Shown piece after piece: positions 14,737-25,859 of a stretch of DNA of 64,000 nt (within the stretch, counting starts at the first letter, position 1; each line of letters opens with the position of its first letter). The DNA is from Nymphaea colorata. Its lineage: Eukaryota. The DNA lies in the NCBI RefSeq assembly GCF_008831285.2, contig NC_045138.2, forward strand, positions 2,480,001 to 2,544,000, read 5' to 3'. The notes under the pieces are model-generated. The model was given only the letters and a program-made list of their open reading frames with translations. It did no database searches and was not told the origin of the DNA. The position numbers and the translations under genes were made by a program.

Positions 14737-17700
14737 ATGGCACGCGGCAAGGTACAGCTTAGGCGCATCGAGAACCCAGTGCATCGCCAAGTCACCTTCT
14801 GCAAACGGCGAGCTGGGCTGCTGAAGAAGGCCAAGGAGCTCTCTGTGTTGTGTGATGCTGACATTGGCCTCATCATCTTCTCCACCCATGGGAAGCTTTA
14901 TGAACTTGCTACCAAGGGGTTGGTACATTACTCTTTTGTGCTTGACCTTAGTGATTAACTTCTTTGAGAAATTGGGAAATTCTTTAGTATATACTTATCT
15001 GGTGACAAGAAGCTAGCAGATAGCAGGTTACAACAGATGTGCAGAAAATGTCACATTCCCTGAAAATTGTAATATGATCAATAGTTGTTATTTGTATTGA
15101 CAAGATCATTAATCATGACAGAACCATGCAAGGCTTGATTGAGAGGTACATGAAGTCAGCACAGGGAGCACATGGGCAAGAAAGTGAAGCAAGTTTTACC
15201 AGGGTAAGGGACATTTAGAAGCTATAATTGGATCGTATAATGAACACTATATCAACTTTTCAACCGATTTTTTTCCTTTTCTCTCTCTGAAAATATGAAA
15301 GATTTTATCCTACAACTAAGTTACGTATCTTTTCTTTGGTACTTGATCTAAAGTACGCCTTGTTGCTACAGGGGTCTGAGCAACAGATATCCATGATGAA
15401 CCAAGAGATACAGCTGTTGCAGAAGGGCCTCGGGTAATTTTTCTGAAAACTTTTCCATTTGTCTTGATGCAATTGAGTTGTAGTACCTTAATGTGGTTAA
15501 CAGAATTAGACATTTAATTTCCTAAGACTAACTCAAGTTTGAATTTCAATCATCATTTTAGCTGGCTATTTTCTTACATAAACCAAATAAAAGGAAGCTA
15601 AGCAGATCATTGAACAAGTAGCAGTAAAATCGGAACATAATGTACCATAATTTCACATCCTTTAGTTGGGGTTCATTTTATTTTGCAAGAAATTGGCATC
15701 TAATATTGTCCAACACCAAACATTTCAAATTGAAAGGTTCTGTAAGGGAAAGAGTGCTGACATTTAAATCCAATCCATGGTACTTGCACGCATTGTTGTA
15801 TTCCCCTTCTATTTTACACCATCAGTAATACTCAAGGGAGGGGCGAGACCGAGGGGCATGAACCCCGAGGTGATGCACTAATCAAACTATGAAAAAGCAA
15901 AAAAAAAAAAAAAAAAAAAACCTTCATCTTTCTTGAAAAGTCTCCTTCAAGCTTGTTTTTCAACAACCGACATTTCTTGCAGTTACATGTTCGGAGGGGG
16001 AACAGCAAACATGACACTCGACGAACTGCACTTGCTGGAGAGGCACCTCGAGCTGTGGATGTGTCAGATACGCACAGCCAAGGTGAAATACTACTTAAAA
16101 ACCTTCAAAACTAGCTAGCCTTAGTCAATGAGATTAAGATCTTTTTGAAGGCTTACTGGGGGGCAGTCCAGTTGGTGCCAAAAGTGATGTTCTTTGTTAT
16201 TAACAAGAAAGGCTCCTTCTGCTAAAAATTTTGTTTTGCTGTCATCTGTTTCTGTTTCAGAATGATATCATGTTTCAAGAGATAGAGCTGCTGAAAAACA
16301 AGGTTCTTATTCTTTTCCCATCATCTTCATGAGCTTTACATATGTAGACTACCACAATTTTGCAGTTAGTTCATACTGGAATTGCATTAGAATCTGAACA
16401 AATTCCTCAATAGCCAATAGGAAACTCTCTGCTACTTGAGACTGCATATATCCTGTGACTTGTGATGTTGTGCATTGTTTTACCTGTATCTTCGTGCTCA
16501 AGCTTGATCACGCACTACACCTATTCTATGGATGACTTTTAGCTCATGTTATAAATAAATGAACCAGCCAGATGATAGTTGAGTATGCACTGTCTATCAA
16601 CATGGTTCACAATTTCATGCTTAGCCACATGTTGATCATAGCAACCTCCAACTGTATGCTTCACAGCCACCCATTTATGCACATGTTCCTAGCTAAGATG
16701 AGCATATTGTACGGCACATCTTATGCCACTAAATATGAAAACTTTCAGCAGCACAAGTGGGCTAATCATTACCTCGCACATGCACTACCAATGAAAAATG
16801 AACAAATGAAAAGGAAAAGAGGAGTGGAAAGAGATTCATGAGTTTGATACTTGTGGCTATGGACTGCTACCTATATGTAATGGGCAACATAATAAAAATG
16901 TGATTTTCCTACAACAACAGGCGGATCAGATTCGACCAATTGACAAAGTGTGCAGGAAAACTGGATTTGGTGCAGAGAAGGAAATGGAAAATTCTCCAAA
17001 TCTGAAAAACTGAACCTTTTTCTCTCCTATTCAGTTCAGGGAGCAGCTCAGCTCCATATCTGTCACCATCTTGGCTTTTGGTCTCTGCAATTTGGTAATA
17101 GGAAACAGGCAAACAAAAGTAACGCCAAAGGCTAAGGGCCATGCCTAGGAGCCATGTGACCAGGCCTCATGTGCAACTTAAAGGGGCACTTGCTTTTGCC
17201 AATAAAGGGAAAAAAAGCGGTGTTCCTGAGCCACGTTCTTCCAGACACCAAAATCTTATGGAATCCCCAAAATCCATAAAAGATAAATCTAAAGGCAGTC
17301 TTACTGTGAAAAATCATTCGGCTCTACAGTGAATTCAGGAAGGCCATCCACCTGTCATGTCTTAATGCAGATCAAGCACTCCCTCCCTCTCTCTCTCTCT
17401 CTACAACTGCACACACACAAGCACATGGGCACATAAAAAAATTTAAGAACAGAGTATAAAAAAACACATTTTTTTATACTCTGTTCTTAAATTTCTTGCT
17501 CTATATGACAACCAAACTGGGGTCACCAGCCAGACCATTAGACATATTATGCTAAGCAAGATCCAGCCAGATCTGGAGTATCAAACTCTCGACCTTCTTT
17601 AGCTTGATGGTCTTAAGTTCCACACTCTGGCCAGAAGCTGTCCTTTGGCGCTCCCCATGATAAAATTATAAAACAGCGGCCCGCCATGAGACTGAATCAT

Positions 17701-20437
17701 CAGTAGATGTGAAAAGATTATAAGAATATATACTTGTATGTAGCTCTTTTCCTTTCTGCTCATGATTGAACAAGTTAAACCAAGTCAACATGGTGTTCTA
17801 CACCTGCATTGGAATTTGAGAAACTTCGTCTTGCTTGTTTGTAGGAGGACGTTCTCAAGGCAACACATGGTTTTCTTCAAGGGAAGGTAAGCCACTGTAC
17901 TACCCAACTCTTTATCACCCCAAAACTGACCTTTCCGATTCGCATTCTTCTGTATCGGCCTTAAATACCGCTTTTAAAATTTTTTAAATTAATGTCATAA
18001 TACTTTTCACTTATATTGGCCAATTCTTTGAGGGGGCTACGTGAATATCTCCCCGCATATCACATCTGCAGGTACCGATACGCTGCGTATCGGTTAACAC
18101 ATACTGCTGATATTGATAAAACTGGGACTCTCATGGGGGCTTTTGTGCCATAGGTCCAGAGAATATCTAAAGCTCTAAGCATTGATGATTGTTAGATTTT
18201 TTCATGTTTTAATCATCAAGAAAACAGAGAGTCCACGGTGAACTTTTTTTATTTGAGAGGGCTCTGTAGATTCAGTCAATTACAACCACGCTTTTGAACC
18301 CATGCAATAAGATTATGCCTGTTTGGCTGTTCCTGGAGCAGGCAGAACAAGAAGTGCTGGATGTTCTGTTGTTTCTGGAACAGGTGGAACATGCTGTCCT
18401 CCCAGAAACAAACATAACTCGAAGAACAGTGGGATGTCAATGAATGTGATTTGAATTGGACATGCTCTTAACTATGTCCGCACTTTTGAACATTCGCATA
18501 TTGGGGATTCAAATTCGGATTTATACGAATCCAAATATGAAATCTGATTTCACAATTTGAATCCGGTCCGTATCCGATCATTGAATCCAATTTTGAACAA
18601 ATCTAGCTAATTTTTAAAATGTAAGGGTATTAAATATAAGATATTTGTTTAAAACTAAACCGGATCTGAATCTAAAACCAATCGGATGTCATTTCTTATA
18701 TTTGAATCTGATGTCATTTCTTAATTGGACGTTAATTTTTTTTTCATATTCGATTTTTTTCAGAATGGTTCGATTGGATATGTGAACATCCCTAAATGCC
18801 AACATTCACAGAGTTACTTCACCTGTCCTTGCTCCAGCAGTCGACATCTTACCGTTGGATGCTGGAGAAGGTTGGGGGAAGTATCTTTTGTGGTGTTCGC
18901 GTCCGTCTTGATGGAATGGATTTGTAGCGTTTCGTTCCAACACTGGAACAACGAACCAAACACACCCTAAAAGGTTCTTTGCTCCAACCTTTTTCCGAAA
19001 ACAATGGTTTTAGTATTTTTTTTATAATTTTTTAACAATTGAATATCTATTTTGGATTTGACCAATGTTTCTGTAAGAAAATTCATAGGAATGGATTTTG
19101 ATTTTTTTTTTTTTAAACCTTCCGATCGAGAAAAACCAACGTCCCATTTTAAATGTTTTAGCGATAGAAAACGTTACTAACGGAGACCCGAGAACAACGT
19201 TGGTCCCAATGGTATTAATGATGGAAAGATATGAGGAAAAGCTTGTGCGTCTTTTAGAATGTTTGGCTTCACTTCAGCTTCATTCTCTAGGAAAACAAAG
19301 ATCGTGTTTGCCATACCTGGGAAAGTTGAAGTCAAAACTCCAACTTTGAGGGGAAAAGCTGGTAATGAATTTCCTGGTGCTGTCAATTGGTGTGCCCTTC
19401 TTTCTCAGTCAAACAAGCTTGGCAGGGCCGCAAACAAGTTGGGGGATACACTAAAGAGGCTGAAGTCTCTTCCTTTTTCCTACTGCTTTCAGGATCTAGG
19501 GCTACTTCAGGACATGGGTGGAGAGCATGACACATATCAACTAGAATGTCGTCTACCTATTATTTGCAGTCCAAAAGAATAGTACCCACGAAAATCGAAC
19601 TGACCACCAGACTTTTGTTGGTCCACCAGTCCGACTAGTTATGTTATGTCCCTCAGAGCAAAGAGGAAGGAGGCAAGGGGACATTAGTTATCATTTTGCT
19701 GACATGGCTTGTAGCTCAAAGAAGGACACCACTAGTACTTTAACTTACTGGTCTTGATTAGGGGTGAACAATGAGTTGAGCTACTTGAACTCGACTAGTT
19801 AAAGCTCGGTCTGATGAACGAGTTCGTGCCGAGTCATTTGCTTAATGAGTCGAGCTCGAATTCATGAGTCAACTCGTTCAAATAATCGAGTTGAGTTTGA
19901 GCTCAACACGTAACTGCTGAGTCGAGCTCGATTCTTAATCGAGTTTGTCGAGCCTTAATCAAGTTGATATATTCAAGCGAGTTTTAAGAGTTTGTCTCGA
20001 GTCGAGTTTGAGCTCAACATGTAAATATGAATATCAACTCTATTCAAACAAGTTTGTCGAGCCTTAATCGAGTAGAGCTTTAGCTCAACACGTAATGATG
20101 AATATCAATTCTATTCAAACGAGTTTGTCGAGCCTTAATCGAATCGAGTTCAACACGTAACTGTCGAGTCGAGCTCGAGCTGCTTCCGTCATGCTATTTT
20201 AGAGAGGTTTCATTAGCCAAGCCGAGCTCGAACTGACTGAACTAGGGCTCGACTCGGCTCGTGTTCACCCATAGTCTTGATGGGATGTTTTTGCAGTTTA
20301 GTTTAAGAAAGAGATAACTAATTAAGTGTTTGTGTCTTTTGCAGCTGGATGAGCAAAGTGGGTTCTACGATGTGCCCAACATGTTTGAAGGCATTCCATA
20401 TCCATTAACCATTCCTAACGAAATATTTCAAATGTAA
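14737..20437 (+). CDS. AGL12: MIKCc MADS-box transcription factor, AGL12/XAL1 (OsMADS26) clade, 7 exons, ~200 aa
   Basis: Exons 14737-14918, 15122-15203, 15372-15433, 15983-16082, 16261-16302, 17845-17886, 20345-20437 (182/82/62/100/42/42/93 nt, the canonical MIKC pattern; 603 nt in frame). [42 protein letters not shown] and C-terminal [12 protein letters not shown] are diagnostic of the AGL12 clade. Confidence 0.95.
17439..17494. repeat. Perfect 26-bp inverted repeat with 4-nt loop in AGL12 intron 5
   Basis: AAATTTAAGAACAGAGTATAAAAAAA-CACA-TTTTTTTATACTCTGTTCTTAAATTT. Confidence 0.95.
18316..18967. mobile_element. Tourist-like MITE in AGL12 intron 6, interrupted by a family-B hAT MITE (~18430-18794)
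   Basis: Outer ends TTA|TGCCTGTTTGG ... CCAAACACACCC|TAA. Inner element GGGATGTCAATG ... GAACATCCCTA. Confidence 0.6.
19759..20273. mobile_element. hAT-like MITE, family A, in AGL12 intron 6 with perfect 8-bp TSD
   Basis: TIRs TAGGGGTGAACA / TGTTCACCCATA. GTCTTGAT is duplicated at 19751-19758 and 20274-20281. Internal ~60-70 bp tandem duplications. Confidence 0.85.
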
Positions 20438-20632
20438 TGAGTCTTAACTAACTTAGGTCTGGGTGATAAGGGACACCATTTATATATATATATATATATT
20501 GTGTTTGACTACATCATGTATTAGCATGGCGCGGACTGATCATATATAGCCAGTAGTGTGCCTTATGTAATTTGAAATTTGAATATGCTTGATTGTCACT
20601 TTGCGTGCATGTAATATTAATCTCAACATTTG

Positions 20633-20671
<39 letters not shown>

Positions 20672-21310
20672 GTTTGCCTATTCTCTCTTTCTCTCTCTCT
20701 CTCTCTCACACACACACAAACACACACACAATAGTTTGCCTATTCTCTCTTTCTCCCTCACACACACATAATAGTTTGCCCATGTAATTTTGATTAAAAA
20801 CGTCATTATCACTCGTGTACTGCTCCTAATATTAACATTCTCTCTCTTTCTCTCTATGTTGTTTTGTTTGCATGTCTGTTAAGTTTTGAACGCACCCTAT
20901 CTTTCTTTCTCTCTCCTTGTATATTTTATTCTTCTATTTTGTTTTTGCGGTTTGTTTTTGTATGTAAGAGACTTCTTGTCCCTAAATTTTGTTATGCATT
21001 CTCATTTTATAGGATCTTTTTTTTTGTCTCTCTTTCTCTCTCTCTCTCTCTCCCCTCTATATATATATATCCCTTTGCACATTTTTTTCCCAATCTCTCT
21101 CTTGGTTATATTTGCTTGCCACTTTTTTGTATTTTTTTTTTAACACCTTGTTACCTACTTCATGTTTTTAAAACACATGAATAAAACAATAGTAATACAA
21201 TACTTTTGTTTCAAATTAAAACATGGTATGATTATAAATTTGTTTTTAAATATACCAATCAATCTCACATAATCATGCAATGAGTCCTTTCCTAGATCAA
21301 GAACATATGT

Positions 21311-21506
21311 AGGGCAGGTTTGGATGACACCTAAAAGAAAGCTGTTTTGAAAAAAAGAATATTGCGAAAAACATGTTTCTCAATCATTTTCTAAAAATTG
21401 GTTTGTGTGTTTGAATGACACATCCAAAATACAACCAGGTTATTCATTCCCTTTTTTGAAAACCAGGTTTTCTCAAAAATGAGTTTTGCTACCAAACGGG
21501 GTCTAC
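21311..21506. mobile_element. Degenerate Tourist-like MITE
   Basis: Ends AGGGCAGGTTTGG ... CCAAACGGGGTCT, with internal inverted GAAAA/TTTTC and GGATG/CATCC motifs. Confidence 0.45.
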
Positions 21507-22360
21507 AATCAATGTATACAATCAACTACCAAATCTCCTCACATGCTTCAAACATCACTAACACGCATGTTGTCTACCTGCAAGCCCCACCTGGAACCTG
21601 CAATGACTGCCAGCAATACCTTTTTATCTTGTAAAATTATGTAATTATTTGTTCATGTGCGGTGCTTAATTATTTGTACATATACCCATTCAGAGTGAAA
21701 GAAGAATGTATATAGAGTTATCTTTTCTGCTCTGTCTTTTATCTCTGTTCTTAGCTCTATTCTTCTTTACCACCATCTTTTTCTTCGACTACCAAATCTC
21801 CTCTCCATTACTTGGGATTTTACGCAGATCAAATAAGTAGAACATGTTTTGGAATGGTGATGACTGATGATAAATGGTAGTTTTCTGTCAGCCATCTCAG
21901 ATTCCAACCGCTTTGAACAGCATATTAGATTAAATTGAATAACAATTCGCTAAAATGCCAAAATAATCAAAACTCAAATTGGTTTCTCTGATCTCAAGAA
22001 GAATGAGATGCATTTTTCTGCATAATATGCTGCAACAGTTCAACTGTTCTTTCAAAGAAAGCTGCAGAAAATATCTTTTACTGGTTTGCTGGACAACTAT
22101 GAAATTTGAAAATTACTTACCAAATACCAGCCATACATAATCTCCAGACATGTAAAAAGTCTTTGTTACTGCTTGGAATTGCATTCTGCTTCGAATAATC
22201 AATCAAACATAAATGCAGCAACAAATTCAGTAACCATGATGACAAAAGAAAACAGCTGCATGAGATGGCTACTTTTATCAAGAAACCTGCTGCGTTGTTT
22301 AATGATCATGTGACTGTTAACAGAAACACCAAGAAGGCTCTCAATGTGTATTACTTGGGA

Positions 22361-22528
22361 GATGAAAAGTCATATCTCTTGAGAGATGAAAAGTCATGTC
22401 TGTTGGAAGATGAAAAGTCATGTCCCTTAGGGAATGAAAAGACATGTCTCTTGAGAGATGAAAAGTCATGTCTCTTGAGGGATGAAAAGTCATGTATGTT
22501 GAAAGATGAAAAGTCATGTCTCTTGGGA
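22361..22528 (+). repeat. 7 x 24-bp tandem array in 5' LTR U3 (identical copy at 26935-27102 in 3' LTR)
   Basis: Consensus GATGAAAAGTCATGTCTCTTGAGA, located upstream of the LTR TATA box (TATATAAA ~22555-22562). Confidence 0.95.
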
Positions 22529-22763
22529 ACTAGAGACCCCTTATGTAACTCCTCTATATAAATGAGTCTCTCCACCAAAAGAAGGCAAGCAAGAAATGAT
22601 AGACTAGTGGACGTAGGCCTATTGGCTGAACCACTTTAAAAATTTTTGTCCCTTTAATTATTTCTTCATTTTGATTTCTTACATGGTATCAGAGCCACTG
22701 GTCCTTGTTAGTGTTGCTGCTAGATCCTAAGGATTACATCTTTTGTTGCCGCGTTTCATTCTC

Positions 22764-25700
22764 ATGGCAAATCAAGAAGCATCATCAAATACAAGAGTCA
22801 ACTCTGATACGGGTATGAATTTTCTTGCTTCTCCTCTTCAGTGCCCAAGCAATTTACAGCATTTCCTCACCATCAAGTTAAATGCTGAAAATTATCTTAT
22901 TTGGGAATCTCAATTCACTTCAATTTTGATCTCATTTGGTCTTATGGGATATATTGATGGAAGCAAACCTGCTCCATCAATGTTTAGAAGTGGAACAACT
23001 GAAATTAGTTCAGAATATATTGAATGGTTGAGAAATGATCAACTACTTTTGAGTTGGATTAAGTCCTCTCTATCTGAAGCAATACATACCCAAATTATTG
23101 GTTTAAAAACCTCTCTAGAGGTTTGGAGCGCTCTTAGGCAGTCATATGCCACTCAATCTAGGGCTCGAATAATGCAGTTAAAATCACAGTTTCAAGATTT
23201 GAAAAAGGGGTCTAGTTCTATGGATGTTTATATAAACAAAGCAAAATCTATTGCTCATCAATTAGCCATTGCATCCAAACCTGTTGATGAAGATGATCTT
23301 GTTCTTCAAATTCTTAGAGGATTGCCAAGTGAATATCTTGCTTTTAAAGTCAGTATGGAAACTCGAAAGGACCCTGTCTCTTTGAACGAACTTCATGGGC
23401 TTCTACTCATACAAGAAGCCAACTTAAAAGAAGATGATTCTCAAACTTTTGAATCTATTATGCCGGCTGCGAATATTGTCTCAAAACAAGTTTACAACAA
23501 CCAAACCAACTACAGAGGTCGTGGTAGAAACAACTATCAATCTAGAGGAGGAGTCCGGAAAAGTGATCAATACAAAGGTGATCGTTTTGTGTGCCAAATA
23601 TGTGGAAAAGTTGGTCATATTGCAAAGTTTTGTTGGTCATATACTAACTTGCTTAAAGAAAAAGAGACAACGCCTCCTCAAGCATATCATGCAGTTTCTT
23701 CTAGCACTCTGAATCAAGACATTGGAGATGACAATTGGTATCCTGACTCCGGTGCGACTCATCACATCACCAATGATATCAATAACTTGTCCATTCATGC
23801 CAAATACAAAGGTGGAGATGCAGTAAAAATTGGAGATGGATCAGGTTTGAGAATTTTTCATATTGGTTCTTCAAAGACATCTCAAAATTTAGTTTTAAAT
23901 GATCTCCTTCATGTGCCCAAAATAACAAGAAACTTGTTATCTGTACAACGTTTTTCTAAGGATAATGGAGTCTATTTTGAGTTTCATCCTAATATGTGCT
24001 ATGTTAAGCAGCAGGAAACGGGAAAAATTCTTCATCAAGGAACGAGCAGTGATGGGCTATATAAGATAGACCTTAGTAGCAAAAAAAAGGAAGTACAACT
24101 TGGAGAAAGACATACTATTGGGCAGTGGCACAAAAGACTTGGTCACCCTTCATTTTCCATTGTTAAGAAGGTTTTGAACAAGTATGATTTGTCTTATTAT
24201 GATGATTGTTTAAATTATTTGTGTGAAGCTTGTCAAAAGGCTAAGAGTCATAAACTTCCATTTAATGCTATTTCAAGTAAGGTGAAACGCCCGCTTGAAC
24301 TCATTTATTCTGATGTATGGGGTCCAGCCCCAGTGGAGAGTGTGAATGGTTTTAAGTACTATGTGATTTTTATGGATGCGTTTTCAAGATATACTTGGAT
24401 TTATTTGATGAAAAAAAAATCAGATGTCAGTCATGTTTTTAAAGCTTTCAAGGCACTTTCTGAAAATCTCACTGGGCACAAGATAAAATATTTTCACTCA
24501 GATTGGAGAGGAGAATTTCAAGGGCTTCAATCATATCTTGTCGATAATGGGATTGGACATAGAATATCATGTCCTCATACCCCTGAACAAAATGGAGCAG
24601 CTGAAAGGAGACATAAACATATTGTTGAAACAGGTTTATCTCTAATGGCAGAAGGTAATATTCCTAAGAACTTTTGGTCATATGCTTTTTGTACTGCTGT
24701 ATATTTGATTAACCGAATGCCAACCAAGATTCTTGATTTTGCTTCTCCTTTGGAAAAATTGTTCAAAGAGAAACCTGACTATGGCTTCCTCAAAATCTTT
24801 GGATGTGAATGCTTTCCTTGTTTAAGAGCTTATCAGAAAAATAAATTAGATTACCGTTCTGAAAGATGTGTTTTCTTGGGTTATGCTCCTCAACATAAAG
24901 GATATTATTGTTTGGGTGTACGAACCCGTAAAATCTATATTTCGAGACATGTCCAATTTAATGAGAAAAAATTTCCTTTTATTGATACTCAAGAAACTAG
25001 AACTCAAGATCTAGAAACTCAAAACCAAGCCATAATTTTAACCTCCCCTCATGAATATCAGTTCTCAAACCCTACAATACCATCATCTAGTACCTCCACA
25101 ACTTCAGAGGAACCCTTACTTCAGTCTGAAACAAATAGTGAATCTCAACCTGAAACTCTTGAAAATGAGGAGCCTACCCAATCCAATGAAAATGAACCAA
25201 ATCAAGAACGAGTCCATCCTATGACTACTAGATCTCAAGTGGGAATCTTCAAACCTAATTCTAAATACAATGAGTTCCATACATATTTTTCTAGCAAACA
25301 CTCTCTTCCAAGAGCTCTTGTCTCCACTCTTCTTGAAGACAAAGAACCCTCAAGTTTTAAGGAAGCATATGAAGATGAAAATTGGAGGAAGGCCATGCAA
25401 GAAGAATATGATGCTCTTATTCGAAACAATACTTGGAAACTTGTTCCAAAGAAAGAAGCCAAACACATTGTAGGATATAAATGGGTGTTCAAAATCAAGC
25501 GAAAGGCAGATGGATCATTGGAAAGATACAAGGCTAGACTCGTCGCCAAGGGATATAGTCAAAAAGAAGGAATTGACTATACTGAAACCTTCAGTCCTGT
25601 TGTGAAGCCTACTATAATTCGAACAGTATTGACTATTTCTATTAGTCACAAATGGAAAATACATCAGCTGGATATTCAAAATGCATTCTTATATGGATCT

Positions 25701-25859
25701 ATTTCAGAAGAAGTTTATATGGCTCAACCACCCGGATTTCAAAATCATTCTTTCCCAAATCATGTATGCAAGCTTGAACGTGCTTTATATGGTTTAAAAC
25801 AGGCTCCTAGGGCATGGTTTGCCCGTCTTAGTCTATTCCTCCAAAATCTTGGTTTTTAA
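22764..25859 (+). CDS. Copia gag-pol, N-terminal part (Gag, zinc knuckle, protease, integrase, first half of RT), ended by a frameshift
   Basis: CQICGKVGHIAKFC zinc knuckle, WYPDSGATHH protease, HKRLGH..CEAC, YSDVWGP/HSD/EQNGAAER integrase, YKARLVAKG, LYGLKQAPRAW. Ends GGT TTT TAA. Confidence 0.9.
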   Translation: MANQEASSNTRVNSDTGMNFLASPLQCPSNLQHFLTIKLNAENYLIWESQFTSILISFGLMGYIDGSKPAPSMFRSGTTEISSEYIEWLRNDQLLLSWIKSSLSEAIHTQIIGLKTSLEVWSALRQSYATQSRARIMQLKSQFQDLKKGSSSMDVYINKAKSIAHQLAIASKPVDEDDLVLQILRGLPSEYLAFKVSMETRKDPVSLNELHGLLLIQEANLKEDDSQTFESIMPAANIVSKQVYNNQTNYRGRGRNNYQSRGGVRKSDQYKGDRFVCQICGKVGHIAKFCWSYTNLLKEKETTPPQAYHAVSSSTLNQDIGDDNWYPDSGATHHITNDINNLSIHAKYKGGDAVKIGDGSGLRIFHIGSSKTSQNLVLNDLLHVPKITRNLLSVQRFSKDNGVYFEFHPNMCYVKQQETGKILHQGTSSDGLYKIDLSSKKKEVQLGERHTIGQWHKRLGHPSFSIVKKVLNKYDLSYYDDCLNYLCEACQKAKSHKLPFNAISSKVKRPLELIYSDVWGPAPVESVNGFKYYVIFMDAFSRYTWIYLMKKKSDVSHVFKAFKALSENLTGHKIKYFHSDWRGEFQGLQSYLVDNGIGHRISCPHTPEQNGAAERRHKHIVETGLSLMAEGNIPKNFWSYAFCTAVYLINRMPTKILDFASPLEKLFKEKPDYGFLKIFGCECFPCLRAYQKNKLDYRSERCVFLGYAPQHKGYYCLGVRTRKIYISRHVQFNEKKFPFIDTQETRTQDLETQNQAIILTSPHEYQFSNPTIPSSSTSTTSEEPLLQSETNSESQPETLENEEPTQSNENEPNQERVHPMTTRSQVGIFKPNSKYNEFHTYFSSKHSLPRALVSTLLEDKEPSSFKEAYEDENWRKAMQEEYDALIRNNTWKLVPKKEAKHIVGYKWVFKIKRKADGSLERYKARLVAKGYSQKEGIDYTETFSPVVKPTIIRTVLTISISHKWKIHQLDIQNAFLYGSISEEVYMAQPPGFQNHSFPNHVCKLERALYGLKQAPRAWFARLSLFLQNLGF

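Noticed and set aside
22361..22528. Repeat array superficially CRISPR-like
   Set aside because: Contiguous tandem units without unique spacers, inside a eukaryotic LTR, with no cas genes.
22265..22578. 98-aa plus-strand ORF and 75-aa minus-strand ORF over the 5' LTR
   Set aside because: They arise from the stop-free 24-bp repeat plus a chance flanking start codon; no independent gene evidence.
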